Below, in pieces: positions 25,676 to 35,308 of a stretch of 40,442 bases of DNA. Source of the stretch: Candidatus Iainarchaeum sp. (GTDB lineage: Archaea; Iainarchaeota; Iainarchaeia; Iainarchaeales; DTGL01). A program made the position numbers and the translations under genes. Position 1 is the stretch's first letter, and each line of letters opens with the position of its first letter. The stretch covers positions 1-40,442 of the forward strand of contig JAZDDY010000120.1 of the NCBI GenBank assembly GCA_043809265.1, given 5' to 3'. Below the pieces are notes generated by a model. That model was not told the DNA's origin and made no database searches. It saw only the letters and a program-made list of their open reading frames with translations.

Positions 25676-28600
25676 TCACAGCCTTTTCAGTCTCCAGTAA
25701 AGGTATGCCCCCAGGCCTGCGAATATTATAAGCAGGAGCGGCACAGGGATTCCGCCCTGCGTTCCGCTGAATGAAACGCTTGAAGTGTCATAGCCCGAAG
25801 GCAGAGGCACCGGGATTTTGAACGAGCCTGCGGCGCCTGCCTCGATTGCAGAAATCTCCTCTTGTGTGAACGCTTTTTTCGGCTTGTATTTTATGGTTTT
25901 TTCCTCGCCAGGCCGGAGTTCCGCAATGAAAAAAGAAACCACCGGGTCTTCGCTGGCTATTTCGAAAAGCGTGTTTGAGGAAAGCAAAGATGCTTTTTCC
26001 CCTATTTGTTTCGGGACAAACTCGACCACGTTGAATTGCCGGCTTGCAGTGCTGCCTGTGTTCTTGACGGACAGCACTATGAGCACCTGAAGTTCAGTCG
26101 CCTCGCCTTTTTTGACTTCAATGGACATTATTTCGCGCCTGAAGGCAAGGCTTTCCCACAGGCTTTTTGACTCGCCCAGCGCCTGCCCGCTCACAAATCC
26201 CGAAAGCGCTGTTTCAAACGAGTCCCTGTCCGCGGCATAATCTGTTACCTGCGAGCTTTTCACCGAAATGCTCGGGCGTTCCAGCTCTATTTCGCTCAAA
26301 AGCCTTGCTGCCGAAGTGATTTCGCCCTGCACCGCGGCAATATCGCCCTGCTCAAGCGCATTTTTTGCGTTCGCAAGGTGCTCTTTTGCTTCTTTGGCTT
26401 TCGCGATTATGCCGGCGCCAGGTTCCACTAAAAAATCTCCAAGGACCGCAATGGCCGCATCGATTGCGGACTGCATAGAATCAATGCTTTTGATTTTTTC
26501 CCCTATTGCGCTGAAAAGCATTATTGCCGCGCTTTTTTCAGAGGCATTGTTCAAATCGTCGGAAGCCCTGGCAACGATGTTTGCCTCGTTCAGGCTGAGG
26601 CCTGCAATGTTCCAGTCGATTTTTGCCGTGCCTTTGTTCAGGTCGGCTGCCGAAAATTCGGCCAGCGGCGAACACTTGCCGCCATGGCAGTTCAATAGTT
26701 CAAGCCTTTCGGCATCTGGGGAAACTTTTGCGGTTATTTCGATAACCGCCTCGCTTTTCTGCTTCACTTCCAAGGAATTTATGTCAGGCGGCGTTGAATC
26801 TATTGCAAACGAGATTTCTTCGCTTGCATTCAGGTCCAGGCTGTCGGTCGCATCAACGCGCATTACCGCATTCCCGTCGATCGCCATGAATAAAATTGTC
26901 CCTGAAAGAGTGCTGCCCGGCCCGGAAAGCGCGAATTCCGACGTGTTGCCGTCGCCATAAGTGATTTTGCAATATGCCGACTTAAGCGAATAATCGCCTG
27001 TGACCTTGATTTCATGGCCGCCGCTTGAAAAATATTTAATGTTGCCCCTGTATTTGTATCCGGCCAGGGAAACAATTATTGCCGGGGCATTGGCGTCACT
27101 GGCCAGGCAGGCTTCTTCGCCCAAATCCGAAAGATTGCCTGCAAGGTCAGCCGCCTGCACCCTGTAACAATACCTGGACCTGCCGCTGACCTCTTGCGAA
27201 AAATTTGTGTCGTATTCGGTTGCATAAGCATCGGCTGTCGTGATTCCGCTCCCTGCGCCGTAATAAACCTTGTAGTGGCTTATCCCGCCTCCGGCATCTG
27301 TTGAAGCGCTCCATTTAAGGGAGTTGTTGCCGTCCGCATGGTTTATGTCAGTAATCGACGGCACAGAGGGGGCTGACCTGTCAACGTACACGGAGTGCTG
27401 TATTTTCACATTGTTGTCGTGGTTGTCGAAGACCCAGGCATAAACAGTCCTGTTGCCGTCCGCGTTTGTGCACCCGTTGCCTATTAAAATTGAAAATGTT
27501 TTGATAGGGAACGATGAAAATGAACCGGAATAATTCGAATCGTTGCAGCTGAGCCTGGCACTGGAAACATCGGTGCCGGTAATGTTTATGTCCGGATAAC
27601 CGGAGTTCGTGTACCATGGCATGTAAAAATTAAGGTCTGTCGGGGCATTGAAATCCGGCACTGTGGCGCCGGCGGAATTCGATACCGCCGAACTGTTGCC
27701 TGCGCCGTCCACTGCCTTTATCGCATAATAATATGTGATGTCCTCGCTTGCAGTGCTCATTGCATCGACATAATTCCTGCTGGCCCCGCTTATGCCGGAG
27801 GAAACGGTTGTGGCGCTTGAAATGTTCGAGGCCGTGATTGCCTGCGTGTACCTGTAAAGGATAAAGTGGGACAGGCCGCTTCCGCCTGTGTCCGAGGGCG
27901 TGCTCCATGAGGCGTTAAGGTCGTTGTCGCCTGCCACAATTGCCACGTTAAGGTCTGAAACCGCGCTGGGGGCGTTCTCGTCTATGGTGAAAGCCCAGTT
28001 CAGGTCAGAATGGTTTCCGGCATTGTCGTCGAAATAAACGCTCACATTTACTGTCGTGCCGGAAAGGTTGCTGTCAGGGGTGTAAGACACCAGGTAGCCT
28101 GTCGAAACCGGGGTTTTTGTCATATTTGCATCAGGGACAGGCGCACCACCAACCCATAAAAGGATCGAGCCCTGCTTTACCCCGGATTCCGCATCCAAAA
28201 GCCTCACATTTATGTCTGGTTTGCGCCTGTTCACATAATTTTTCGGGTTTTCGCTCGAATATGTCGGGGCATTCAAGTCAATGCACAATTGCGTGAAGGA
28301 ATTTTTTGTCGAAATGTTTCCCACCTTGTCTACTTGCTTTCCCACCACGTAGGCCATGCAGGAAGCGCTTTTACCGAAAGCCGCGACGCTGAAGCTCGCA
28401 CCGTAAACTCCGTCGTTTGAATCGATATCGTTGTGGCTGCCGTCATCGTAAAGGTTCAGGTCCGATATTGTTCCGATTGAGGCAAAAGTGTTGGCGTCCT
28501 TTTCGCCTGAAACCCTTATAATGAGCGACTTTGACCCGTTGAGCATTGAATTGCCGTCGCTTGCGTTTGCGTCATGCCACACATAACCGATTGTTGGGCC

Positions 28601-28957
28601 GTTGGTGTCAAGGTTGATTGTGTCATTTGCCTCGGCCTGGTTTGAGTTCACATCCTGAACTTTCAGGTACACTGTTTTAATGCCGTCGCCCGAAGTGCAG
28701 CCTGCGCCTGTGTTCAGGTTGAAGGAATAGGTCGCGGCATAATCTGCCCAGCCGTAATAGGTGGAATTGTCGCATGAAAAGTTCATCCTGTTGCCGTCTG
28801 ACGCCGAAATATACAACACCACTTGCGCGGAATTCGTGTCGGCTTCATCCTTTTGGATATTGAAGTCGGCGATTGAAACCGCCGCAAAGGCACCCTGCAA
28901 AGCCGCAAGCACCAAAATTGCCAGTGCAACCCAAAGCCGGCTTTTTTCCATTCCCAT
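25676..28957 (-). CDS. Large membrane-anchored surface protein (1093 aa) with FN3/Ig-like domains
   Basis: Signal peptide; FN3-like LNASWSTPSDTGGSG...YYYAIKAVDGAGN; helical stalk; C-terminal TM plus basic tail (PLLLIIFAGLGAYLYWRLKRL). Confidence 0.88.
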   Translation of the reverse strand: MGMEKSRLWVALAILVLAALQGAFAAVSIADFNIQKDEADTNSAQVVLYISASDGNRMNFSCDNSTYYGWADYAATYSFNLNTGAGCTSGDGIKTVYLKVQDVNSNQAEANDTINLDTNGPTIGYVWHDANASDGNSMLNGSKSLIIRVSGEKDANTFASIGTISDLNLYDDGSHNDIDSNDGVYGASFSVAAFGKSASCMAYVVGKQVDKVGNISTKNSFTQLCIDLNAPTYSSENPKNYVNRRKPDINVRLLDAESGVKQGSILLWVGGAPVPDANMTKTPVSTGYLVSYTPDSNLSGTTVNVSVYFDDNAGNHSDLNWAFTIDENAPSAVSDLNVAIVAGDNDLNASWSTPSDTGGSGLSHFILYRYTQAITASNISSATTVSSGISGASRNYVDAMSTASEDITYYYAIKAVDGAGNSSAVSNSAGATVPDFNAPTDLNFYMPWYTNSGYPDINITGTDVSSARLSCNDSNYSGSFSSFPIKTFSILIGNGCTNADGNRTVYAWVFDNHDNNVKIQHSVYVDRSAPSVPSITDINHADGNNSLKWSASTDAGGGISHYKVYYGAGSGITTADAYATEYDTNFSQEVSGRSRYCYRVQAADLAGNLSDLGEEACLASDANAPAIIVSLAGYKYRGNIKYFSSGGHEIKVTGDYSLKSAYCKITYGDGNTSEFALSGPGSTLSGTILFMAIDGNAVMRVDATDSLDLNASEEISFAIDSTPPDINSLEVKQKSEAVIEITAKVSPDAERLELLNCHGGKCSPLAEFSAADLNKGTAKIDWNIAGLSLNEANIVARASDDLNNASEKSAAIMLFSAIGEKIKSIDSMQSAIDAAIAVLGDFLVEPGAGIIAKAKEAKEHLANAKNALEQGDIAAVQGEITSAARLLSEIELERPSISVKSSQVTDYAADRDSFETALSGFVSGQALGESKSLWESLAFRREIMSIEVKKGEATELQVLIVLSVKNTGSTASRQFNVVEFVPKQIGEKASLLSSNTLFEIASEDPVVSFFIAELRPGEEKTIKYKPKKAFTQEEISAIEAGAAGSFKIPVPLPSGYDTSSVSFSGTQGGIPVPLLLIIFAGLGAYLYWRLKRL

Positions 28958-29047
28958 CTATATGAGTATTGTTTCCCACTTTAAAAACTTTATTAATATA
29001 TATAAGGGGGCAAAACAGGGCCATTTAAGGCGCAAGCCCAAAAGCGC

Positions 29048-29455
29048 CTATTGCGTTGGTTCAGAAGCCTCTTCGGCAACTGCAGTTATCCTCTGCCTGA
29101 ACCACTCAATGGAATAAAAGCCAGTGAATTTTTCGTTTCCGAGGATAAAGCAGGGCACTTCTCCTGCGCCGATATTGTTCTGCTCCATTTTTCCGGGCTC
29201 GGCCTCGATGTTCACGATTGTGATTTTTGCGATTCCCGCAAGGCTTTCATCCTCGCCCACCGCGCGCAGGGTTTCCTGCAGTTTAGCGGAATCCCTGTCA
29301 AAAGTTTTGAGGAATGCCACGACCTTTATTTCCCTTTTTCTCTCTACTTGTTCCCCCTGGAATGCGGTCTGCAGCGCCGGGAGGACGAAAAAGTAGGCTA
29401 AGAGCAGCGCGATTACTGCGACAGTGATTTTCCCGATAGGGGTGAGTTTTGCCAT
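29048..29455 (-). CDS. Membrane-anchored thioredoxin-fold protein lacking CxxC
   Basis: N-terminal TM; VVAF...ITIVNIE...NNI...VPCFILGNEKFTG fits a thioredoxin fold, but the active-site CxxC is absent. Confidence 0.6.
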   Translation of the reverse strand: MAKLTPIGKITVAVIALLLAYFFVLPALQTAFQGEQVERKREIKVVAFLKTFDRDSAKLQETLRAVGEDESLAGIAKITIVNIEAEPGKMEQNNIGAGEVPCFILGNEKFTGFYSIEWFRQRITAVAEEASEPTQ

Positions 29456-29468
29456 AAAAACCTTTTTT

Positions 29469-29909
29469 TCAGCTGCAATCCGTTGTTTTGTCAGAAATGT
29501 CCTTGCAGTCCCTCGAAGTGACCTTTACCTCTGCCGGGCTTTCGCCGGCGGCAAGCCGCACGTAAACATTCCCGTAAGCGCCTTCCTCAAGGTTTACCTG
29601 GCAGATGTTGGTGTCGGAATTGCCGCTGCTGTGCTTTGCGGTGACAGTGAATGCATTCAGGTCAAGATAGCCGGTATTCTCGAGCTGGATCGTGGCAACG
29701 TTTGTGTCGCCCTGGTCGAAAGAGCATGACACGATTGTAAAGCCGGCATCCGAGCACCTTATCTGCTCATCAGACATCCTTTGCTGGTTTGCGAGCTCGT
29801 TGTTGTAATAAGTGTACATCCAGGAAAAAAACAATCCGCCTATGCCCAACGCCACAAGCACCAAAAGCATTGTCGCAATAAGCGGGCTCACGCCCTTCTG
29901 CATTCCCAT
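29469..29909 (-). CDS. Archaeal type IV pilin
   Basis: QKG|VSPLIATMLLVLVALGIG; LENTG motif. Confidence 0.9.
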   Translation of the reverse strand: MGMQKGVSPLIATMLLVLVALGIGGLFFSWMYTYYNNELANQQRMSDEQIRCSDAGFTIVSCSFDQGDTNVATIQLENTGYLDLNAFTVTAKHSSGNSDTNICQVNLEEGAYGNVYVRLAAGESPAEVKVTSRDCKDISDKTTDCS

Positions 29910-29987
29910 AATTTCACTTCCCGATAAGCAGAATAGAATAGCGTTTAACTTCTTTAAATATCTTTCTGTATTGTGCGGCTTTTCCCA

Positions 29988-30029
29988 ATAATAAAAAATA
30001 AAAATAGAAGAAGGGCAGAAGCCCTTCTT
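29988..30029 (-). terminator. Hairpin plus T-tract terminator after the probable major pilin
   Basis: Stem AAGAAGGGC (30008-30016) / GCCCTTCTT (30021-30029) with a 4-nt loop, followed on the minus strand by CTATTTTTATTTTTTATT. Confidence 0.7.
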
Positions 30030-30047
30030 TTTGGAAAATTATTTGCT

Positions 30048-30515
30048 TTAACCTGTTTCAATCTGATTCTTGAGGATGTTGGTTTTTACGCCGCACTCGA
30101 CGGATTCGATTGTAATCCCATCCGGCTTTGTCCCGCCTGTGCCGACTCCGCCCTTTGTCCAAGCGATTTTCTGGCCGCCGTCCTCAATATTGAGGGTGAC
30201 ATTGTTAAGGTCGGAGTTTCCGTCAGAGTAAATTGCGGTTATCTTGAAAGCGTTCAGGTCTATGGTGCTGCCGTTCTTCAAAACAAATCTGGTGGCATAC
30301 TGTGCGCTGTACCAGGTCGGTTTGATGTTTGTCAGGTCGACTGTCAGGGTTGCACCCGAGCACCCTGTCATTTTGGTTGCGGTCTTGTCGCTTTCTGTCT
30401 GCACATTCGACTGGAATCCGGTCACCCACTGCCAGATTATGACTCCGACAGCCATGCACACAAGCAAAAGCAAAACTGTTGCGATTAACGGACTAACACC
30501 TTTTTGATTTTTCAT
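30048..30515 (-). CDS. Archaeal type IV pilin (probable major pilin)
   Basis: MKNQKG|VSPLIATVLLLLV; ATG 30515 preceded by AGGTGA RBS; own TATA-like TTATATAG (about 30562-30570) and terminator. Confidence 0.9.
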   Translation of the reverse strand: MKNQKGVSPLIATVLLLLVCMAVGVIIWQWVTGFQSNVQTESDKTATKMTGCSGATLTVDLTNIKPTWYSAQYATRFVLKNGSTIDLNAFKITAIYSDGNSDLNNVTLNIEDGGQKIAWTKGGVGTGGTKPDGITIESVECGVKTNILKNQIETG

Positions 30516-30680
30516 AGAGCATATCACCTTTGGAATTAACACATACATTACGGATTAAGTCCTATATAATGCTTTCTTTTCCGTTCTCCATACCCTGAAA
30601 GCCCTTTTTACAGTTTTTTTTTTGCCTGTCGCGCACCCCAGACGGAATGTTTTTATTGAAATAATGCGTTATTGAATTGA

Positions 30681-32588
30681 ATGAAAGCGCGCTTTTTGCT
30701 TTTGGCACCGGCCCTTGCACTTGTTTTTGCAACAGCCCTGGCTGCAGCCCCCTCGACCACGCTTAACCAGCCCAACGGCAATCAGGTTATCGGGAGCGTT
30801 TACAGCGTTGATTTCAATGCGAGCGATGCCGACAACGCCGACCTTAGTGCTGCCCTGTATTATTCTTCAACCGCCGGGGATTTCAATAATTTCATCGCCG
30901 ACTTGAACCTCAACGATTATTCGAATTACACAGGCCTTTCCTGCGGCAGCACTGTCTTCCTCACTACCACAAACTGCACTTATGATTGGAACCTTTACAG
31001 GCCGGGAGTTTCAACAAAAGACGCAAACCTTGTGCTTTACATGCCCTTGGACACCTATTCGTTCCGCGATTTTTCGCCACTGGCAAACAATGGTTCGGCC
31101 ACAACCTTTGACAAGACCTCTTCAAGCGGGGTTGTTGCAGGCAAAATCAACCGTGCAATGAAATTCGACGGAGTGGACGATTACATAAGTGTCACAGACA
31201 CCGACAGGCTTGACCTGCAGGCCAATGATTTTACGATTGAATTATGGGCCGCGCGTTCTGCCACAGACGCAATCCATGTGCTTGTAGACAAAAGGCCTGA
31301 TGCATCAAACGGCTATGTGCTGCAGTTCAATGATTCGAATCAGGTTGAAGCGCAGATATGCAATGGAACCTGCACCACAATAACCTCGGCAAGCACTGTA
31401 ACAGACACAGGATGGCATTATATCGCAATAGAATTCGACAGGAGCGCAAATGCCCAATTATATATTGACGGGAGCGCAGACGGCTCGGCAACAAGCATTT
31501 CCTCAAAATCGGCCGGTATCAATACCGCGGCAAATCTCCGCATCGGGGCGCGCTCTTATGATTCGCTGGCAAATGTAATGAACGGCTCAATCGACGAGGT
31601 GCGCGTTTACGACAAATTGCTCGGCGCTGCGGAAATCAAGAAGCGCTATTCAATGGTGCAGGGCACTGACCTTAACAGGATTGCCGATGGAAATTATTTC
31701 CTGGACCTGAATGTCTGGGACCAGACTGATGCGAATGCAACCGATTCCAGCAACACGAGTTTTGCAGTGGATAACAATGCCCCAAGCACGACAGACAATG
31801 CGCCCTCCGCAACCCAGAGCTCGGCTTTCACTGTAACGCTTTCCTGCGATGACACGTCCTATATTTCAGGCATCCAGGCAAGCGGGTGCTCTTACTCGGA
31901 ATACAGGATTGATTCGGGTTCATGGAAGCAGTCGAGCGCGATTGCGGTAAACGACGACGGCAATCACAAAATAGAATATTATTCGGTTGACGCAGCCGGC
32001 AATGCCGGCACAATAAGGACAACCTATGCTTCCCTGCTCCTTACCGGGCATTCCTTCAATTTCGGCCTGAGGTTCGACGGTAATTGGTGGGACGGCAGCG
32101 TGCACATTCCGGGCTTTGTTGTCGACCAGAACATGCAAAATACTGTTTCGCAGACTTTAACGCAGGGCTCGACTTTCGATTATGCGTCTTTCTCGCGCAA
32201 CGGCCTTGCAATAGGCCTTGTCAGCACAGGTGCCACCTATTTGATGGACATAACCAACGTGTATTCCTCGACTTTCAATATTTATTTGCAGCAGGCCCAC
32301 AGGGCAGGTGTTGATAAAGAATTCTATCTTGCCTACACTTCAGGCAATTATACTGCTTTCGAGGACAAAAAGGCGTATGTGAGGAACGGCGAGTTTTTGA
32401 AACGCGTGAATCCTGCCTTTGGCATTGCAACCACTGCAATTTACACAATCACCCTCGGCCTTGACTATTTTGACAGCAATGTGGACATCAACGGCTCATT
32501 CCATCTCGGCCCTGGCTCGCATTCCCTTTTGATAACAAACCAGGGCACGTCCAACGGAAAAGTGGTCATAGGCATTGAAAAGAACTGA
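30681..32588 (+). CDS. Secreted LamG/concanavalin-like domain surface protein
   Basis: Signal peptide; GKINRAMKFDGVDDYI, FTIELW, WHYIA, LYIDG, GSIDEVRVY; one Ig-like repeat. Confidence 0.88.
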   Translation: MKARFLLLAPALALVFATALAAAPSTTLNQPNGNQVIGSVYSVDFNASDADNADLSAALYYSSTAGDFNNFIADLNLNDYSNYTGLSCGSTVFLTTTNCTYDWNLYRPGVSTKDANLVLYMPLDTYSFRDFSPLANNGSATTFDKTSSSGVVAGKINRAMKFDGVDDYISVTDTDRLDLQANDFTIELWAARSATDAIHVLVDKRPDASNGYVLQFNDSNQVEAQICNGTCTTITSASTVTDTGWHYIAIEFDRSANAQLYIDGSADGSATSISSKSAGINTAANLRIGARSYDSLANVMNGSIDEVRVYDKLLGAAEIKKRYSMVQGTDLNRIADGNYFLDLNVWDQTDANATDSSNTSFAVDNNAPSTTDNAPSATQSSAFTVTLSCDDTSYISGIQASGCSYSEYRIDSGSWKQSSAIAVNDDGNHKIEYYSVDAAGNAGTIRTTYASLLLTGHSFNFGLRFDGNWWDGSVHIPGFVVDQNMQNTVSQTLTQGSTFDYASFSRNGLAIGLVSTGATYLMDITNVYSSTFNIYLQQAHRAGVDKEFYLAYTSGNYTAFEDKKAYVRNGEFLKRVNPAFGIATTAIYTITLGLDYFDSNVDINGSFHLGPGSHSLLITNQGTSNGKVVIGIEKN

Positions 32589-32650
32589 ATGAGTTCAGGG
32601 GAAGCGAACCCCCGAAAAGGCATTTAAGCACTTTTCCCCTATTCTGGTGC

Positions 32651-33715
32651 ATGCCTCCAAAAGATTTCATCTCCCAGGCTGCGGAAAGCATCCTGAAAGC
32701 CGAGGAAAAAAGGAAGAAACTCGTGCAAAAAATAAGGCCTTTCAGGAAAACAAAAATGAATCCCATGGAAATGATGGTTGAAAAGGCTGAATGCGCAGAA
32801 CTGGATGGGCGGCTTGCAGGCGTGGATTCAGGCTTTGTCGGCCAGGATTTCCTGTCCCTGGACCTTGTTTTGATCAGGGCAAGGGCGGTGGTATTCGATT
32901 ACCGCAAGGGAAAGCTCGCAAAGGCCGCCTATCACCCGAACTATTATTCTTTTCCAGAACCATTGATTTCAAACAGGGCGCTCCAGCTGGAGGATGTTTC
33001 GACAAACAAGAGCCTGCAAAGGCTGGCGAAAGAAATAGGGCTTGCGGAAGAAATAATCGGGAAATTTTCCCCGGACTATTGTTTCCTCGACGGTTCCATC
33101 GTGCCGCAGCACGCAGACAAGCCGAGGTCGAATTCCAAAATGCAGCCCTTTTATAAGGAAATAATCGAAAAATTCGAATCGCTTTTCTTGAAAGCCGAGG
33201 AAAAAAACTGCACGCTCATAGGCTGCGTCGAGGACTCTCGCGGCACAAGGTTCAAGGACATTGCCGAAAAAATAATCGGCAAAAAGGAATTCGAGGAACT
33301 CAACGAATGCTTCGACGTGGTGCTCCTCGATTCGCTTCTCGCCGAAGGCGAGCGCTCCTTCGCATTCCCTTATGCGGAAAAAGTGAAAGAGCACCCTATA
33401 TTGCAGGACTTCTCAAAGGAATACGCTGAAATGGTGCACGCCTTTTACATCAAGCCTTCCGCGCTTGACAGGCCGCTGCGCACCGAGTTTTTGCTCAAGA
33501 AAGGCACTGGAAAAAAGGAAATAGACAGGATTGCATCGATTATTTTCGCCCAAAGCAGGCTCCACCGCGAATATTCGTATCCAAGCGTGCTGATAGAGGC
33601 GGATTTGCGCTCGCGCTTAAGGGAAGAGGAGATTAAAATAATTTGCGACAAAATATTTGACAGGATAGGCGGAAGCAAAAGGCTCTCGCTGAGAAGGGAG
33701 AAAAGGCCGTTTTAG
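32651..33715 (+). CDS. nurA: DNA double-strand break repair nuclease NurA
   Basis: AGVDSG, FLDGSI, GCVEDSR, YSYPSVLIEAD; directly upstream of herA. Confidence 0.9.
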   Translation: MPPKDFISQAAESILKAEEKRKKLVQKIRPFRKTKMNPMEMMVEKAECAELDGRLAGVDSGFVGQDFLSLDLVLIRARAVVFDYRKGKLAKAAYHPNYYSFPEPLISNRALQLEDVSTNKSLQRLAKEIGLAEEIIGKFSPDYCFLDGSIVPQHADKPRSNSKMQPFYKEIIEKFESLFLKAEEKNCTLIGCVEDSRGTRFKDIAEKIIGKKEFEELNECFDVVLLDSLLAEGERSFAFPYAEKVKEHPILQDFSKEYAEMVHAFYIKPSALDRPLRTEFLLKKGTGKKEIDRIASIIFAQSRLHREYSYPSVLIEADLRSRLREEEIKIICDKIFDRIGGSKRLSLRREKRPF

Positions 33716-33748
33716 GATTGCTGTTATGCATTGTTTGGGAGTGGTTTG

Positions 33749-35284
33749 ATGGAAGATTTTTTGGGCACAGTGATTTCAACAATCACATCGCCTTCGCCGA
33801 GCGAAATGAACTTTGTCGTGACAAGCGGGAACGTACACCGCGGGCAATTCGTCGAAGTGGATTACTCCGAAGGCACCATAGTGGCGCTTATCACAAATGT
33901 CATCAAAACAAACCGCTATTTCGAGCGCGCCGATTCAGTGAAAGAATTCGAGGCCCGTGGCTCCGCGCTATTTGAGCAGTTTCCCACAAGCGAATGGGAA
34001 TACCTGATAGCGAACACAAGGCCTTTGGGAGTATTCCAGAAAGGAAGGGTGCTAAGGGCGAGCTTTCCGCCCTCTCCCGGCACAAGGGTGAGGCTGGCTA
34101 AAGCCGATACCCTCAAAAATTTCTTCAAGTTCGATGAAGAAAAAGGAATGAACCTTGGAAAAGTCGAATTCCATGATTTGGATGTGAAGATCAACATGAC
34201 AAAACTGCTGAAAAAGCACCTTGCGATCCTGAGCATTTCCGGCGCAGGCAAATCCTATTTCACTTCTGTTCTTTTCGAAGAGCTTTTGGACCGGAAAAAA
34301 GAAAACGGCAGGATCGCCTGCGTTGTCCTGGACCCGCACGGCGAATACTCTTCCTTTGCCGAACCAGTGAAGGATAAAGAGCACGCGGATTACAGCGACC
34401 GCACGCTTTTGGTGAAGGGCAGGAATGTGCGCATTGCGGTTCCATCGCTCAGCGTCGGCATGCTTGCCGGCATCATCACCGGTTTAAGCGGTCCGCAGAA
34501 AAGGGACCTTAAAAAAATCCTTGCCAATCTCAATTCCGAAATGAAATCAGGCCTAGGCCCGTTCGATTTCGACGGCGTGAAAAAAGAAATATTGAAGGAC
34601 GAGGAAATAAAAGAAAACACAAAAGGCCCTTTGCTCGGCTGGATTTCGGAACTCGAGCAAATGCACTTGTTCGCAAAAATCGATTCGCCGAGCGCGCGCG
34701 ATGTCGTGAGGCCGGGTTTCCTAACAATAATCGACTTATCCGATATAATCGACATCAAGAAAAAACAGGTCATTGTAAGCCATTTCGCAAACAAATTGTT
34801 CAGCGAAAGGCGCAAAAAAAGCATTCCGCCTTTTTTGCTTGTGCTCGAGGAGGCACATCAGTTCGTGCCTGAAAGGGTTTCGGAAGAGCAGGCTGTTTCC
34901 CGCAGCATAATCAGGACTATTGCAAGGGAAGGCCGCAAATTCGGCGCCTCGATATGCCTTGTATCGCAAAGGCCTGTGCAGCTTGACACAACCGCGCTCT
35001 CGCAGTGCAACACAAAAATCATACTCCGCATAACCAATCCCTATGACCTCAAGCACATCGCGGAATCCGCTGAAGCGATCGACCAGCGTTCGCTTGAAAT
35101 GATTACTTCCTTGCAGGTCGGCGAAGCCCTCGTAATCGGCGAAGCCGTGAACTATCCTCTTTTCTTCAAGGTCCGCGAAAGGAAATCACTGCCGTCAAAG
35201 CACGAAATTTCCCTGGAAGATGCGGCAGTCGAATTCGAGTCCTCCAAGAAAAAAAGCGACGAGGAAACAGAAATGTTTTTGTGA
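33749..35284 (+). CDS. herA: HerA helicase/ATPase
   Basis: HAS-barrel N-terminus, HLAILSISGAGKS, LDPHGEY, LEEAHQF, AREGRKFG, SQRP; ATG 33749 after GGGAGTGG. Confidence 0.93.
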   Translation: MEDFLGTVISTITSPSPSEMNFVVTSGNVHRGQFVEVDYSEGTIVALITNVIKTNRYFERADSVKEFEARGSALFEQFPTSEWEYLIANTRPLGVFQKGRVLRASFPPSPGTRVRLAKADTLKNFFKFDEEKGMNLGKVEFHDLDVKINMTKLLKKHLAILSISGAGKSYFTSVLFEELLDRKKENGRIACVVLDPHGEYSSFAEPVKDKEHADYSDRTLLVKGRNVRIAVPSLSVGMLAGIITGLSGPQKRDLKKILANLNSEMKSGLGPFDFDGVKKEILKDEEIKENTKGPLLGWISELEQMHLFAKIDSPSARDVVRPGFLTIIDLSDIIDIKKKQVIVSHFANKLFSERRKKSIPPFLLVLEEAHQFVPERVSEEQAVSRSIIRTIAREGRKFGASICLVSQRPVQLDTTALSQCNTKIILRITNPYDLKHIAESAEAIDQRSLEMITSLQVGEALVIGEAVNYPLFFKVRERKSLPSKHEISLEDAAVEFESSKKKSDEETEMFL

Positions 35285-35308
35285 AAAAGAGGGGGAGTTT
35301 GACAAACC

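Noticed and set aside
25655-25678. Stop of the 1093-aa gene is in frame with the next pilin-like gene via KILRGQR, suggesting readthrough or a lost class III leader
   Set aside because: A 1-in-3 chance coincidence; RGQ is not in the correct register with the pilin Glu; no other support
19582-30515. Archaellum (motility) locus
   Set aside because: No recognisable FlaH/FlaF/FlaG or archaellin-type N-termini; the split TadB/TadC-like platform and xSPLIAT pilins indicate an adhesive type IV pilus
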